Positions 1 to 9,567 are shown, numbered from the stretch's first letter. The stretch is 64,000 nucleotides of DNA from Armatimonadota bacterium (GCA_041690135.1 JAWLHY010000001.1:1536001-1600000), one strand, 5' to 3'. Notes: generated by a model not told the origin, from the letters alone. Numbers and translations are program-made.

Positions 1-125
1 GTGAGCCACTGAAAGAACCGGTAGACCTGGTGGTAGTGGGCGTCGACGAAAGCGGCGCAGACGTCGCTTCGCCATGCCCGCAAGCCATCCAGTTCTCCTG
101 TGGTGTCCACCGCGCGCTTCCCCAT
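1..125 (-). CDS. ECF-type sigma factor, N-terminal part (runs off window)
   Basis: Manual translation MGKRAVDTTGELDGLRAWRSDVCAAFVDAHYHQVYRFFQWL resembles the start of ECF sigma region 2; not in ORF track. Confidence 0.5.
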   Translation of the reverse strand, partial: MGKRAVDTTGELDGLRAWRSDVCAAFVDAHYHQVYRFFQWL

Positions 126-237
126 GATCTTTCCCGTCCGCTGCGCGTCGTCAGCTTCGGGTATTCCATACCGGCGGGACTTCGCCTGTTAGAGGAATCT
201 TTGACAGATGGCGGAGATCCACCGCAATGGAGAGCGT

Positions 238-651
238 CTAGAGCACGCGCCGCGAACCCTTCTCCAGGGGCTTCACCCCGGGCGGCCAGTGGGTGCCATG
301 GTCGAAGGTGGATCCATCCAGGAAGGCTCGATCCAGGTCGGCGCCCCGCATGTCGGCTCCGGCCAGGCCCGCCAGGCAGAGGTTCGCTCCGCGCATATCG
401 GCGTTTCGGAGGTTGGAATCGTAAAGAGTGGCGGAGTGGAAATCTACCCCTGCCAGGTTGGCGCTTTCAAGATTGGCGCGGATCAGGATCGCACGCCGAA
501 GGCTGGATCCGGAGAGGTCGGCGCCCCGGAGGTCGGCGCCCTGAAGGTCTGCTCCCGTGAGGTCCGTGCGAGAGAGGTCGGCCCCGGCCAGGGTTTCCCC
601 CTCGACTTCCGCCAGCACTCTGCCGGTGCGCTTTTGCTTGATTTGAATCAT
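238..651 (-). CDS. Pentapeptide repeat protein
   Basis: Tandem A(D/N)Lxx repeats (ADLSR TDLTG ADLQG ADLRG); start re-assigned to MIQIKQ. Confidence 0.85.
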   Translation of the reverse strand: MIQIKQKRTGRVLAEVEGETLAGADLSRTDLTGADLQGADLRGADLSGSSLRRAILIRANLESANLAGVDFHSATLYDSNLRNADMRGANLCLAGLAGADMRGADLDRAFLDGSTFDHGTHWPPGVKPLEKGSRRVL

Positions 652-686
652 TCCGTTCCGTTCGGCGTTGACGGCTGGGCGACCGC

Positions 687-911
687 TCAGCCCTGGCCGG
701 TGCCATAGGTTTTCTGGAAGTTGTCCATCGCCTGCTGGTACCGGGTCATCAACTCCGTCGCCCAGGGTTCGCCCTTGCCTTCGGCGTTCTGTGCCCGCCA
801 CCAACCGGCCAGCAGGCACGTGTAACCTTCCGAGACCTTACCTTCGGCGGCGAGGTCCAGCGCCTTGGTGAAGGACGCAAAGTACGCGTTCAATTCACGA
901 TCGGGAATCAT
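687..911 (-). CDS. Small hypothetical protein, paralog of 9568..9843
   Basis: MIPDRELNA...GYTCLLAG..RA....GEPW aligns ungapped with the 9568..9843 product. Confidence 0.7.
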   Translation of the reverse strand: MIPDRELNAYFASFTKALDLAAEGKVSEGYTCLLAGWWRAQNAEGKGEPWATELMTRYQQAMDNFQKTYGTGQG

Positions 912-1202
912 AGGGTGGTACAGCGCGGGGGCCGGCGGGGTAGGACCCGTCGCCGGAAGCGCCCATCTCCATTCAGATATATACCTCACGCCTCGCACGT
1001 GGGGCCACGAATAGATACTGGATCAAGCCCTGCCGAACAAGAGGCTGAACACCCGTTCCAGTGTGGTACCGCGGGAGATGAGGGGGCGCATGAACGCGTC
1101 GGTGGCGCCGAAGTGCGTGCGGAACAGCCAGGCCGAATGGGGGCCGGGCGGCGCTCCCGCCGCTCGGCCGTGGTTCAGCCTGCCGAGGCAGGCTCCGTTC
1201 TC

Positions 1203-1325
1203 CTACAGCGCGGCGGCAGCCCGGGCGCCCAGTAACAACAGGGCGAGGACCAGGCCCGCGTAGAGGAGGAGCATCAACAGCGTGTGCTGCTGATGCACTT
1301 CGGGATGGGTGTTGTTCCGGAACAT
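1203..1325 (-). CDS. 40-aa single-pass membrane protein
   Basis: MFRNNTHPEVHQQHTLLMLLLYAGLVLALLLLGARAAAAL*; AAGGAGGT RBS 5 nt upstream of ATG; below ORF-track cutoff. Confidence 0.6.
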   Translation of the reverse strand: MFRNNTHPEVHQQHTLLMLLLYAGLVLALLLLGARAAAAL

Positions 1326-1498
1326 CACGCACCTCCTTGAGAGGCCGAACCGTCCCGCTACGGTCTCCCGTTCTCAGCTTACCCGGATTTCTCGGCGCAG
1401 AATGCAGTGGGTGGACCGGAACGAACTGAGACTCCTACCCCTTCTTCCCGTCATCATCCCTGTCTTCATCCATTCCTGATCTTTATCTTCCCCACCGT

Positions 1499-2806
1499 CT
1501 ACACGCGGGGCAGTTCCCAGGGTTTGCGGTATTCCGGTCGGGTGCGCAAGGCATTCGCTTCCTGGTCGTCGAAGGTTTCGGTCTTGGAATCCAGCCTCAG
1601 CTTCTTGCCCACCCGCCAGGCCACGTTGCCGGCGTGGCAGAGGACGGAGCTCACGTGTCCAACCGTTTCCAGGTCGGCGTTCGGCTTCTTCCGGGACTTC
1701 ACGCAGTCGATAAAGTTCTGAATGTGTTGGGTAGTGGTGTCGCCCCCGGAGCCTTCCGCCAGGAGCTTCTCCCCGGGTCCGTAGGCCCGCCAGCGACTGT
1801 TGCCGATAACGATATAGCCCTGGTCCCCGAACACCGCCGCGCCTTCGCTCTCCCCCAGGTAGCCCGTAGGCGACCAGACGCGCATCTCGTAGGTCAGGAG
1901 CTTGCCGGGATACTCGTACGTTACCTGAAGGGTATCGGGCCACTCCTGCATGTCGTCGAAGTAGAACTTGCCGCCGGAGGCGGAGACGGCATGGGGCAGG
2001 CCCAGCGGAGGTTCGCCACAAGCCTCGGCCGCCGTGCTGAGTGCCCAGCGCGCCACGTCGAGTCGATGGACCCCGTCGTTCCCCAGGTCTCCGGTGCCGT
2101 AATCGAAGAACCACCGCCAGTGCCCATGGAAGCGACGTGGGTTGAATGGGCGCCTCGGGGCAGGCCCCAGCCACATGTCGTAATCCACGCCCGCGGGTGG
2201 CTCACCATCGGGTGGGCGGCCGATCGATCCTTGCTTCGCGCTTTCCCACGCCTTGGCGAAGCGGCAGCGGCCGAGTTTTCCGCTGCGGATGAACTCCATG
2301 GCGGACGCACACCGTTCGCTGGTGCGGGCCTGCGTGCCGAGTTGCACGATGCGACCGTGCCGGCGCATGGCGGCCACCATGCGTTGCCCTTCCAGGATGT
2401 TGTGACCGTCCGGCTTCTCCACGTAGACGTCCTTACCCGCCTGGCACGCCAGGATGGTGGGAATGGCGTGCCAGTGGTCCGGTGTTCCCACCACGATGGC
2501 GTCGAGGGTGCGCTCGTCGAGCATCCGGCGGAAATCGGAAACGGTCCCCGGGCGTTTCCCCTGGAGACCGGCCACCGCCTCCACCGCCGAGGGGAGCCGG
2601 TTGGCGTCGAGGTCGCAGAGAGTAACGACCTCCACTTCCTTCAGGGCCGCGAACGCACGCATGATGCTGCCGGCCCGGCCCCCTACTCCCACGCAGCCCA
2701 CGCGGACGCGTTCGCTGGCGGCGGCCTTGCCCGCCGGGACTCCGATGAGGGATGCTGCCCCCGCGGCGGTGGTTTTGAGTAGGACCCGGCGATCCATCGT
2801 GCTCAT
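1499..2806 (-). CDS. Gfo/Idh/MocA family oxidoreductase with Tat signal
   Basis: DRRVLLK twin-arginine leader, GVGGRA Rossmann motif, TPDHWH, VYVEKP, YDMWLGPAP. Confidence 0.9.
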   Translation of the reverse strand: MSTMDRRVLLKTTAAGAASLIGVPAGKAAASERVRVGCVGVGGRAGSIMRAFAALKEVEVVTLCDLDANRLPSAVEAVAGLQGKRPGTVSDFRRMLDERTLDAIVVGTPDHWHAIPTILACQAGKDVYVEKPDGHNILEGQRMVAAMRRHGRIVQLGTQARTSERCASAMEFIRSGKLGRCRFAKAWESAKQGSIGRPPDGEPPAGVDYDMWLGPAPRRPFNPRRFHGHWRWFFDYGTGDLGNDGVHRLDVARWALSTAAEACGEPPLGLPHAVSASGGKFYFDDMQEWPDTLQVTYEYPGKLLTYEMRVWSPTGYLGESEGAAVFGDQGYIVIGNSRWRAYGPGEKLLAEGSGGDTTTQHIQNFIDCVKSRKKPNADLETVGHVSSVLCHAGNVAWRVGKKLRLDSKTETFDDQEANALRTRPEYRKPWELPRV

Positions 2807-2821
2807 TGTAGTGCTCCCCGA

Positions 2822-2848
2822 GTTTAGCAGGTGTGGAAAGGAGGGTAA
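2822..2848 (+). promoter_or_regulatory. SigB-type promoter upstream of the SigB/F-family sigma gene
   Basis: GTTTAG-N15-GGGTAA, similar to the SigB/SigF consensus. Confidence 0.5.
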
Positions 2849-2989
2849 TGGTCTCCCAGACGGGCAGGTAAGCCCTTCCGGAGCATCCGCTTTCCGCTCC
2901 GGTGCGCCGCCGATCCTGTCCCCATAAGTCCCGCGAATCCCGCCCCTGGGCACTGGCCGGCCGCCACGGCGCATGATGGAGTTCACGAA

Positions 2990-3757
2990 GTGCTGACGAA
3001 CGCCCTGCGACCTTTATCCACGGAAGAACTGGTTGACCATTACGCGGTTACCCGCGATGAACGAGCCCGCGAGTTGATCATTGAGCGGCATGAGTCGCTG
3101 GTCCGCTCGCTGGGGCACAAGTTTGCGCGGCCTGGGGTGGCCGTGGAAGACCTGATGCAGTGCGCCTGGATTGCGCTGCTGGGCGCCCTGGACCGTTACG
3201 ACGCCGGCAAGGACACCAAGTTCAGCACCTACGCGGTACATTGCATGGTTGGGGAGATCAAGCGTTACTTCCGCGACCGCACCTGGAGCATCAAAGCTCC
3301 GCGCCACCTCCAGGAGATCGCCGCTAACCTGGGTCGCATCCAGGACCGTCTCTACACCCAACTCCAGCGCGAGCCCACCATCGGCGAGATGGCCGAGGCC
3401 TTCAAAGTTTCCGAGGAAGAGTTGTTGGAAGCGATGGAGCTTGGAAGAGCCTACCAGCCGATGGGCTTCCACGAGCGACAGGAATCGGGAGACGGGCAGA
3501 ACGCGATGCCGCTCAGCGAAACGTTGGGCAAGGAAGACGGAGACATCGAGGCACTGGTTGAGCACTCCCCGCTCGATGCCGCGATGGCCACCCTGGATGA
3601 CCGCCGCCAGCGGATCCTGCGACTTCGCTTCTTCCAGGGCTGGAGCCAACAGGAAGTGGCCGACGCGCTGCAGCTCTCCCAGATGCACGTCAGTCGCCTG
3701 GAGCGAAGTGCGCTGCGCCACTTGAAGATGGTCATGTCTGCGTCGAGCCGCGGCTGA
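2990..3757 (+). CDS. SigB/SigF/SigG family RNA polymerase sigma factor
   Basis: FSTYAVHCMVGEIKRYFRDRTWSIKAPR and SQQEVADALQLSQMHVSRLE, typical of SigB/SigF. Confidence 0.92.
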   Translation: MLTNALRPLSTEELVDHYAVTRDERARELIIERHESLVRSLGHKFARPGVAVEDLMQCAWIALLGALDRYDAGKDTKFSTYAVHCMVGEIKRYFRDRTWSIKAPRHLQEIAANLGRIQDRLYTQLQREPTIGEMAEAFKVSEEELLEAMELGRAYQPMGFHERQESGDGQNAMPLSETLGKEDGDIEALVEHSPLDAAMATLDDRRQRILRLRFFQGWSQQEVADALQLSQMHVSRLERSALRHLKMVMSASSRG

Positions 3758-3867
3758 GGACGCCGGGTGTTGCCATTTTTTAGCGAGCTGTGACGCGCGT
3801 CACATCAGCACGTGGGTGCGCCTTCCCCAGCGGTCTACACTACAAATGTAAACCCTTATGCGTGGTG

Positions 3868-3901
3868 GGTCGGACGGTCATTGGCCGCCCGACCTTTTTT
3901 T
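3868..3901 (+). terminator. Intrinsic terminator
   Basis: GGTCGG..CGGTCA/TGGCCG..CCGACC hairpin followed by T7. Confidence 0.6.
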
Positions 3902-4007
3902 GTCCGGCAACCCATCCGAAGGTGGGAAGCGTTACTACGTATGGCCGAGCAGGCAACCCCGATGAATGGTGGATGACAACGGACCGTAGAGCATCCACCA
4001 TGAAGCT

Positions 4008-4382
4008 ATGCGGCTCCTCATCGTGGAAGACCAGTCGGATCTTGCGGACACCCTGGAAGAGGTGCTCGACGCGTTTGGCCATAACGCCCGGACCGTCTAC
4101 TCCGGCTCGGCGGCCTTACTTGTCGCCTCCGATTTCCTGCCCGACATCATCATCTGCGACCTGGCCATGCCGGGATTAGACGGCTTGACGCTTTGTCGCG
4201 CGCTGCGGTCGCGCCCGGAACTCGCCCGGACGCAATTTATCGCCTGGAGCGGGTATGTCGACCCCGACCTGGAAGAGGAAGCGCTGGAGTCAGGCTTCGA
4301 CGAGGTCCTCCACAAGCCCGTGAGCGTGGAGTGTTGGGAGCGTTTGCTTGGCTCCGCGTGTCGCCTTCCCCTGGGCGCTTAG
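4008..4382 (+). CDS. Single-domain response regulator (receiver)
   Basis: LLIVED, IICDLAMPGLDG, HKP receiver motifs. Confidence 0.88.
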   Translation: MRLLIVEDQSDLADTLEEVLDAFGHNARTVYSGSAALLVASDFLPDIIICDLAMPGLDGLTLCRALRSRPELARTQFIAWSGYVDPDLEEEALESGFDEVLHKPVSVECWERLLGSACRLPLGA

Positions 4383-4508
4383 TGGGACCTTTACCCCGCA
4401 ATTCATGAGGCACTGGGCATAGCGCCGCCCTCGACCAGGATTATGCCCCCGCACCTGGAATGCACCCCGGTAGGGTCCGTTGCGTTTACCCGTTGGGCTT
4501 GACGGACT

Positions 4509-4931
4509 TCAGTCGTTTTCTCCGGTCACTACCAGTGCGCTCCAGCCGGCCTCCGCGCGCCCTGCCCGCGTCCGTCGCACCACGAGTTGGACGGTCTGCT
4601 CGTGCGCAAAGACTTCAAATGTCTCGCCCGCCGCATCCACACACTCCAGTACGACCAGGTCCGGCGGCCGGGCACTGATGCGGTTCACCTGCACGCGCTC
4701 GCCGGAGGCCAGCCAGACCAGTACGGAAAGGCTTTCCCCCTCTTCCAGGTCCTCCTGCGCTTCCTCGAGCCGCCGGCGGATCGCGCCCACAAAGCTGTTC
4801 GCCTCGCCGGAGACTAGGGCCGGGGAGCCATGCGCTCCGGAACGCTTCCGTCGTTCGGCGGGCTGGGTGAGAATTCGCTGCACCAGCTCGACTTCATCGA
4901 GCGGCTCACGCTGCTGGCTCTCGTCACGCAC
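4509..4931 (-). CDS. Hypothetical protein
   Basis: 140-aa ORF with natural composition; no motif recognised. Confidence 0.5.
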   Translation of the reverse strand: MRDESQQREPLDEVELVQRILTQPAERRKRSGAHGSPALVSGEANSFVGAIRRRLEEAQEDLEEGESLSVLVWLASGERVQVNRISARPPDLVVLECVDAAGETFEVFAHEQTVQLVVRRTRAGRAEAGWSALVVTGEND

Positions 4932-5034
4932 GGATCGGGTCCTTTCGGGGAGAATAATCGGGGGTCGAAGGTTTGGTTACCTTGTATCAGATCCATCCGG
5001 CTTCGGGTAGAAACCGCGGAAAGGAGCCACGCAG

Positions 5035-5163
5035 ATGGGTACGATACTGGAGCCGGGGCTGTTCACGTTTTTGGTCTGGGGGGCGCTGGCGTTGCTGGTA
5101 CTGATCTTCGGCGCGATCCCGCTGGGCCGGATGCTCAAGTCGCGGCGAAAAGGGGGGCAATAG
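5035..5163 (+). CDS. 42-aa single-pass membrane protein
   Basis: MGTILEPGLFTFLVWGALALLVLIFGAIPLGRMLKSRRKGGQ*; AAGGAG RBS at 5021; hydrophobic helix plus basic tail. Confidence 0.6.
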   Translation: MGTILEPGLFTFLVWGALALLVLIFGAIPLGRMLKSRRKGGQ

Positions 5164-5172
5164 CGAGCCGTC

Positions 5173-6273
5173 CTACCGGTAGATCTCGATGGCCGTAGAC
5201 TTGATCGCGACTCGTACGCGTACGCCCTCGCGGATGCCGAGGGCTGCGGCGGCGGACGGGACGATATCGGCCATCAGCGGAAAGCCGGCATCCAGGAACA
5301 CCCGCAGGCGGTCGGGCAGGGGCACAATCTCCGTGACCCGCGCAGCGAACTGGTTGCGCGGGGAGAGCGTGGAATCTTCCCCGCCCCCCTCCCGCATCAA
5401 CGTGACCTCCTGGGGGCCGAAGCTAAGGAAGACGGGGCCGGTCGGTAGCGGCTCGGTCCCGTCCCCTCCGGAACCGCCCGCCACGTGGAACACCAGCGGC
5501 CCGACCCGCACTTCCCGCAGATCACTCGCGGTTCCGCCTGCCTGCAGTTCGCCCTCCAGCACGTTGTGGCCGGTGAGCGCGGCGAGGAATGGCGTGCGCG
5601 GCCGCCGCAGGACTTCCTCCCGCGTGCCGATCTGGCTTAGCTTCCCCCCTTCGAGCACCGCGATGCGGTCCCCCAGCGTCAATGCGTCGAGGTAGTCGTG
5701 GCTCACCACCACCGCCGTGCGCCCCGCCCGCTGCAGAAAGTTTCGGAGTTCGGTACGGACGGTGCGCCGGGTCGCCGCATCCAGGGAGCCAAACGGTTCA
5801 TCCAGCAAGAGCAGATCGGACTCCGTCACTGCCGCGCGTGCGAGGGCCACTCGCTGCCTTTGCCCACCCGAAAGTGCCGAGGGCTTCCGCTGGGAAAGGT
5901 CGGTGATCCCCAATGCCGCCAACCACTCTCCGGCCCGGCGTCGGTCCTCCGGTCGCCCTCTCGTCCCGTATAGCAGGTTTTGCTCCACGGTCAGGTGTGG
6001 GAAGAGCGCGTAATCTTGAAACACCAGCCCCACGCGGCGGCTCCAGGGCGGCAGGTCGTATCCCTTGTGCGTGTCGAGGACTGTCCGGCCTGCGATCTCG
6101 ATCCGGCCGCGGTGCGGTCGCGCCAGTCCCGCCACGGCGCGCAGGCAGGTAGTCTTCCCGCTCCCACTCGGCCCCACCAGGACCAGGACCTCTCCGGCTG
6201 CCACGGTCAGCTCCGCGCGTAGGGTGAATGCTCCCTGCCGGATCTCCAGGTCCAGAGATAGGCCAGCCGTCAT
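5173..6273 (-). CDS. modC: Molybdate ABC transporter ATP-binding protein
   Basis: GPSGSGKT Walker A, LSGGQRQR, LLLDEPF, C-terminal TOBE-like region; start MTAGLSL overlaps modB stop. Confidence 0.88.
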   Translation of the reverse strand: MTAGLSLDLEIRQGAFTLRAELTVAAGEVLVLVGPSGSGKTTCLRAVAGLARPHRGRIEIAGRTVLDTHKGYDLPPWSRRVGLVFQDYALFPHLTVEQNLLYGTRGRPEDRRRAGEWLAALGITDLSQRKPSALSGGQRQRVALARAAVTESDLLLLDEPFGSLDAATRRTVRTELRNFLQRAGRTAVVVSHDYLDALTLGDRIAVLEGGKLSQIGTREEVLRRPRTPFLAALTGHNVLEGELQAGGTASDLREVRVGPLVFHVAGGSGGDGTEPLPTGPVFLSFGPQEVTLMREGGGEDSTLSPRNQFAARVTEIVPLPDRLRVFLDAGFPLMADIVPSAAAALGIREGVRVRVAIKSTAIEIYR

Positions 6274-7115
6274 CCTGCCCACCTCCGGACCACGAGCCGC
6301 ACCCCGGCCAGTGCCCCGAATGCCAGGATGAGAGACAGCAGGGAGATGGAGATGGCCAGTTGGAGGTCCGTCTCCATGGCGCTCATTACCGCCAGCGGCA
6401 GCGTTTGGGTGACTCCCGGCAGGTTGCCCGCGAACATCATCGTTGCACCGAACTCGCTTAGCGCCCGAGCCCAGGCCAGCACGACTCCAGCCATAAGAGC
6501 GGGCGCGGCCAGGGGCACGGAAATGCTCCAGAACACGCCCCAGCGGTTGCGGCCCAGGGTCATCGCCGCATGCTCCAGTGAGAGGGGCACCGCTTCGAAC
6601 CCGGCCCGGGCAGCGCGCACGAAAAAGGGCGCCGCCATGAAGGTTTGCGCCAGGACCACCGCGGTGGTGGAGAAGGCCACACGGAAGCCGACCGCTTCCA
6701 GGGTGCGGCCCAGGAGACCCATCCGGCCGAAGGTGAGCAGTAGGGCCACTCCGGCCACCACCGGGGGAATCGTCATCGGCAGGTCGATGAGCGTGTCCAG
6801 CAGTTCCTTCCCGCGGAACTGGTGCCGGGCCAGCAGGTAAGCGACCGGCAGTCCCAGCACCACGCTCGCCGCAGTCGCCGTGAGGCTCGTCACCACACTG
6901 AGCCGGAGTGCCATCCGCACCACCGGGTCCTGTAGACGCAGCCAGGGTTGGGCGGGAAAGGCGTTCATCAACAGCGCCAGTACCGGAGCTCCCAACAAGA
7001 GAAGGAACAGGAGCGACAGCCCCATGAGGCCCCACCGCCCTTCCGTCCGCTCCTCCGGGGAGGTCGGAACGGCACTAACGGGTGTGACGACCGGGTTCGG
7101 CGGCTGCAACCTCAT
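6270..7115 (-). CDS. modB: Molybdate ABC transporter permease
   Basis: DLPMTIPPVVAG, ARALSEFGATMMFAGNLPGVTQTLPLA. Confidence 0.92.
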   Translation of the reverse strand: MRLQPPNPVVTPVSAVPTSPEERTEGRWGLMGLSLLFLLLLGAPVLALLMNAFPAQPWLRLQDPVVRMALRLSVVTSLTATAASVVLGLPVAYLLARHQFRGKELLDTLIDLPMTIPPVVAGVALLLTFGRMGLLGRTLEAVGFRVAFSTTAVVLAQTFMAAPFFVRAARAGFEAVPLSLEHAAMTLGRNRWGVFWSISVPLAAPALMAGVVLAWARALSEFGATMMFAGNLPGVTQTLPLAVMSAMETDLQLAISISLLSLILAFGALAGVRLVVRRWAG

Positions 7116-7966
7116 CAGCGGAATCCATGCTGCTTCAGCACCGCGTGACCTTCCGGCGAGCGGACCAAACGAATGAACGCCTCCGCCCCTGGCCCGTGCG
7201 GACTGGTGGCCACCACGGCGATGGGGTACTCGGCCAGGACGTTCGCCCCCTCCGGAATGGGGAACACCTTCACCCCTGGCGCGGATTTAGCGTCCGATTC
7301 GTAAACCACGGCCGCGTCGGCCTCGCCCAACTCCACCTTGGCGAGCACCGCGCGCACGTTGGCTTCGCGAGAGGCCACATTCCGCTCGACCCGTTCCGCA
7401 AAATCGGAAGGATAGGCGGGGTGTCCGGACAGCTTTTCCAGCACCTGTTGGGTGTACTGTCCGATGGGAACGGCCGGGGCCGTCGTGACCACCCGCAGTC
7501 CCGGCCGAGCGAGGTCCTTTGGCGAAGTTACGTCTCCCGGGTTCGTCCCGGGGGTAACCAACACCAGGCGGTTCCGGGCGAAGGCGACCGGTGTTCGGAC
7601 CAACCCGACCTCGGCCAGGGGGCGCATTTGTGCGTGGTCCGCGGCGGCGAACACGTCGGCCGGCGCACCCTGCTCGATCTGCGTTCGTAGCGCCGAGGAA
7701 GCCCCGAAGTTGAACCGCACTGTCCATCCGGAGTTCTCCTGCTCGAAAGAAGCCTGGAGTGCCTGGAAAGCAGGGGTGAGAGAGGCCGCCGCGAATACCG
7801 TGAGCGCACGGGGTTGATCGGCCGGTTGGGTGTCAGCGCCTGGTGTCTTGCCGCCTCCGGCCGCGGTCCCCCTGCATCCGGACAAGGCGACGAGGGCGGA
7901 GATGACGACCGGCAGAAGGTAACCGCGCCGCACGCGACCGGCGGAAAGGATGCTCGCGGGAAACAC
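7115..7966 (-). CDS. modA: Molybdate ABC transporter substrate-binding lipoprotein
   Basis: Lipobox LSGC, VFAAASL, FNFGASS, GAPADVF, GEADAAVVYESD. Confidence 0.92.
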   Translation of the reverse strand: MFPASILSAGRVRRGYLLPVVISALVALSGCRGTAAGGGKTPGADTQPADQPRALTVFAAASLTPAFQALQASFEQENSGWTVRFNFGASSALRTQIEQGAPADVFAAADHAQMRPLAEVGLVRTPVAFARNRLVLVTPGTNPGDVTSPKDLARPGLRVVTTAPAVPIGQYTQQVLEKLSGHPAYPSDFAERVERNVASREANVRAVLAKVELGEADAAVVYESDAKSAPGVKVFPIPEGANVLAEYPIAVVATSPHGPGAEAFIRLVRSPEGHAVLKQHGFR

Positions 7967-7969
7967 GGC

Positions 7970-9103
7970 TCAGTTCAACTCCGCGACGATCTCGCCCGTG
8001 CGTCGGAGATCATAGCCGCCGAGAACGCTGAGCTGCGAGCGGATCCAGCGGTGGTCCAGGGTGGATAGGAGTTGTCGGACGGGCCCGTACTCCAGATAGT
8101 CGGTGGCCACCGCCAGATCGTAGCGCACTTCGCGCAGCGGCATGAAATCCAATCCGTATGCGTGCGCCACCGCGGCGGTGGAAACCCCCACCTCCGCCCG
8201 GCCGGAGGCCACGGCCCGCGCCACCTCCCAGTGGCCCCGCACGACCTGACCGAAACCGGCCACCTGGTTCGCGGCGACTCCCGCTTCCCGTAGGACCTGC
8301 TCGAGCAACAACCGGGATCCGGCGCCTTCCTCGCGGTTGATGATTCTTACCCCCGGTCGCCCCAGATCCGCCGCGCTCCGGATCCGGAGGGGATTGCCCG
8401 GCGCCAGCAGCAGACCTTCGTCCCAGGTTCCCAGGTTCACCAGCGTGACCGCCCGGTCTCTCACGACCTGTCGCACGTAAGGCGTGTTGAACTCCGCTCC
8501 TTTCGCGCCACACAGGTGAAGGCCTGCCATGTGGACTTCTTGCCGCTCCAGCAGCCGCAGTGCTTCCATGCTGTTGGCGAAGGTCCAATGCACGCGTAGG
8601 CCGGGGTGCCAGCGTTCCGACGCCCGTGCCCACAGCGACATGGCGGGAGTGCACCCGGCCAGGACTACGGTTCGTGCCAGGTTTTCCGGCTCGTCGAGCA
8701 GCCTCACCTCGGCCGGGTCCTCTCTGCCCGCGGTCCGTGCGAGACCGTCGCAGGGGATCATCTCCGTGCGCACGGCATCCTCTCCGGCAAGAGGGTAGGC
8801 CAGCCAGCGACCGCCTACCTGTGCCACGGTCACGCGGGTGTCCCGCCCCAGGGGCAACTCGTTCACCGCCGTGGCGTGCAGCGTCGGCGCTTCTTCCTCC
8901 AACCAGAACAGGTCTTCCACCCGGCAGCCGAGGGCCTTTGCCAGCTTTAGAGCCACCGCCGCCGATGGGGCATACAAGCCCCCTTCGATTCCCCCGATGG
9001 TCTGCCGTGTGATGCCCGCCGCCTGCGCGACTTCCTGCTGGCTCAACCCCAGGCGCGTCCGTACGGCCTTGAGTTGGTTCCTGACTCCGCTCTCTTGCTT
9101 CAC
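7970..9103 (-). CDS. XRE-type HTH plus PBP-like (molybdate-binding) regulator
   Basis: N-terminal HTH (LSQQEVAQAAGITRQTI), C-terminal INREEGAGSRLLL; first gene of the mod operon. Confidence 0.8.
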   Translation of the reverse strand: MKQESGVRNQLKAVRTRLGLSQQEVAQAAGITRQTIGGIEGGLYAPSAAVALKLAKALGCRVEDLFWLEEEAPTLHATAVNELPLGRDTRVTVAQVGGRWLAYPLAGEDAVRTEMIPCDGLARTAGREDPAEVRLLDEPENLARTVVLAGCTPAMSLWARASERWHPGLRVHWTFANSMEALRLLERQEVHMAGLHLCGAKGAEFNTPYVRQVVRDRAVTLVNLGTWDEGLLLAPGNPLRIRSAADLGRPGVRIINREEGAGSRLLLEQVLREAGVAANQVAGFGQVVRGHWEVARAVASGRAEVGVSTAAVAHAYGLDFMPLREVRYDLAVATDYLEYGPVRQLLSTLDHRWIRSQLSVLGGYDLRRTGEIVAELN

Positions 9104-9142
9104 GGCTCAGATTTCCCTGCCAAGCTGCTTGACTCGTATGGC

Positions 9143-9157
9143 AAGTATATCCTACTT
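9143..9157 (-). promoter_or_regulatory. Candidate operator overlapping the -10 of the mod operon
   Basis: Palindrome AAGTA-N5-TACTT containing minus-strand TATACT. Confidence 0.35.
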
Positions 9158-9196
9158 CATGGGGGAAATACCTGCGTGCGCTTGGGGTCCACTCCG

Positions 9197-9542
9197 ATGA
9201 AAACGCCCGGCCCCCGCTCTCCAGATCCGGACTGCCACCCGCAGACCTGTCCGCATTCTCGTCCCAATCCAGGTCTTCACCACCCTCCCGATCGGCGCAG
9301 GCGCGCCTTTACACTCATCGAGCTGCCCGCGCTCGCGAAGCCGCTCGCGCCACGCAGTGCAAGTGCAACCTGAAGCAGAAAGGCGCGTCCGCGGCCACGC
9401 ATTGCCCGCTGCGCCCAAACAAGGCCATAACGTGCTCTACTACGATGGGCACGTTAACTGGCGGAACCCGTCCACGTTCCGGGACAGTGAGTTCCGCATG
9501 CCGGGCTTCCCACCGCCCACCGCCGTCCCACTTCCACCCTAA
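9197..9542 (+). pseudogene. Remnant of a prepilin-type / DUF1559 / H-X9-DG protein
   Basis: RRAFTLIEL, then AREAARATQCKCNLKQ in a shifted frame, then GHNVLYYDGHV; intervening segments absent. Confidence 0.75.
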
Positions 9543-9567
9543 TGACCTGGTGATGGAGCGGAAGGGA

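Noticed and set aside
6274-7035. N-terminal extensions in the ORF track (modC 620 aa, kinase 928 aa, lipid kinase 475 aa, pcrA 864 aa)
   Set aside because: They overlap other real genes or are low-complexity; downstream starts match family boundaries
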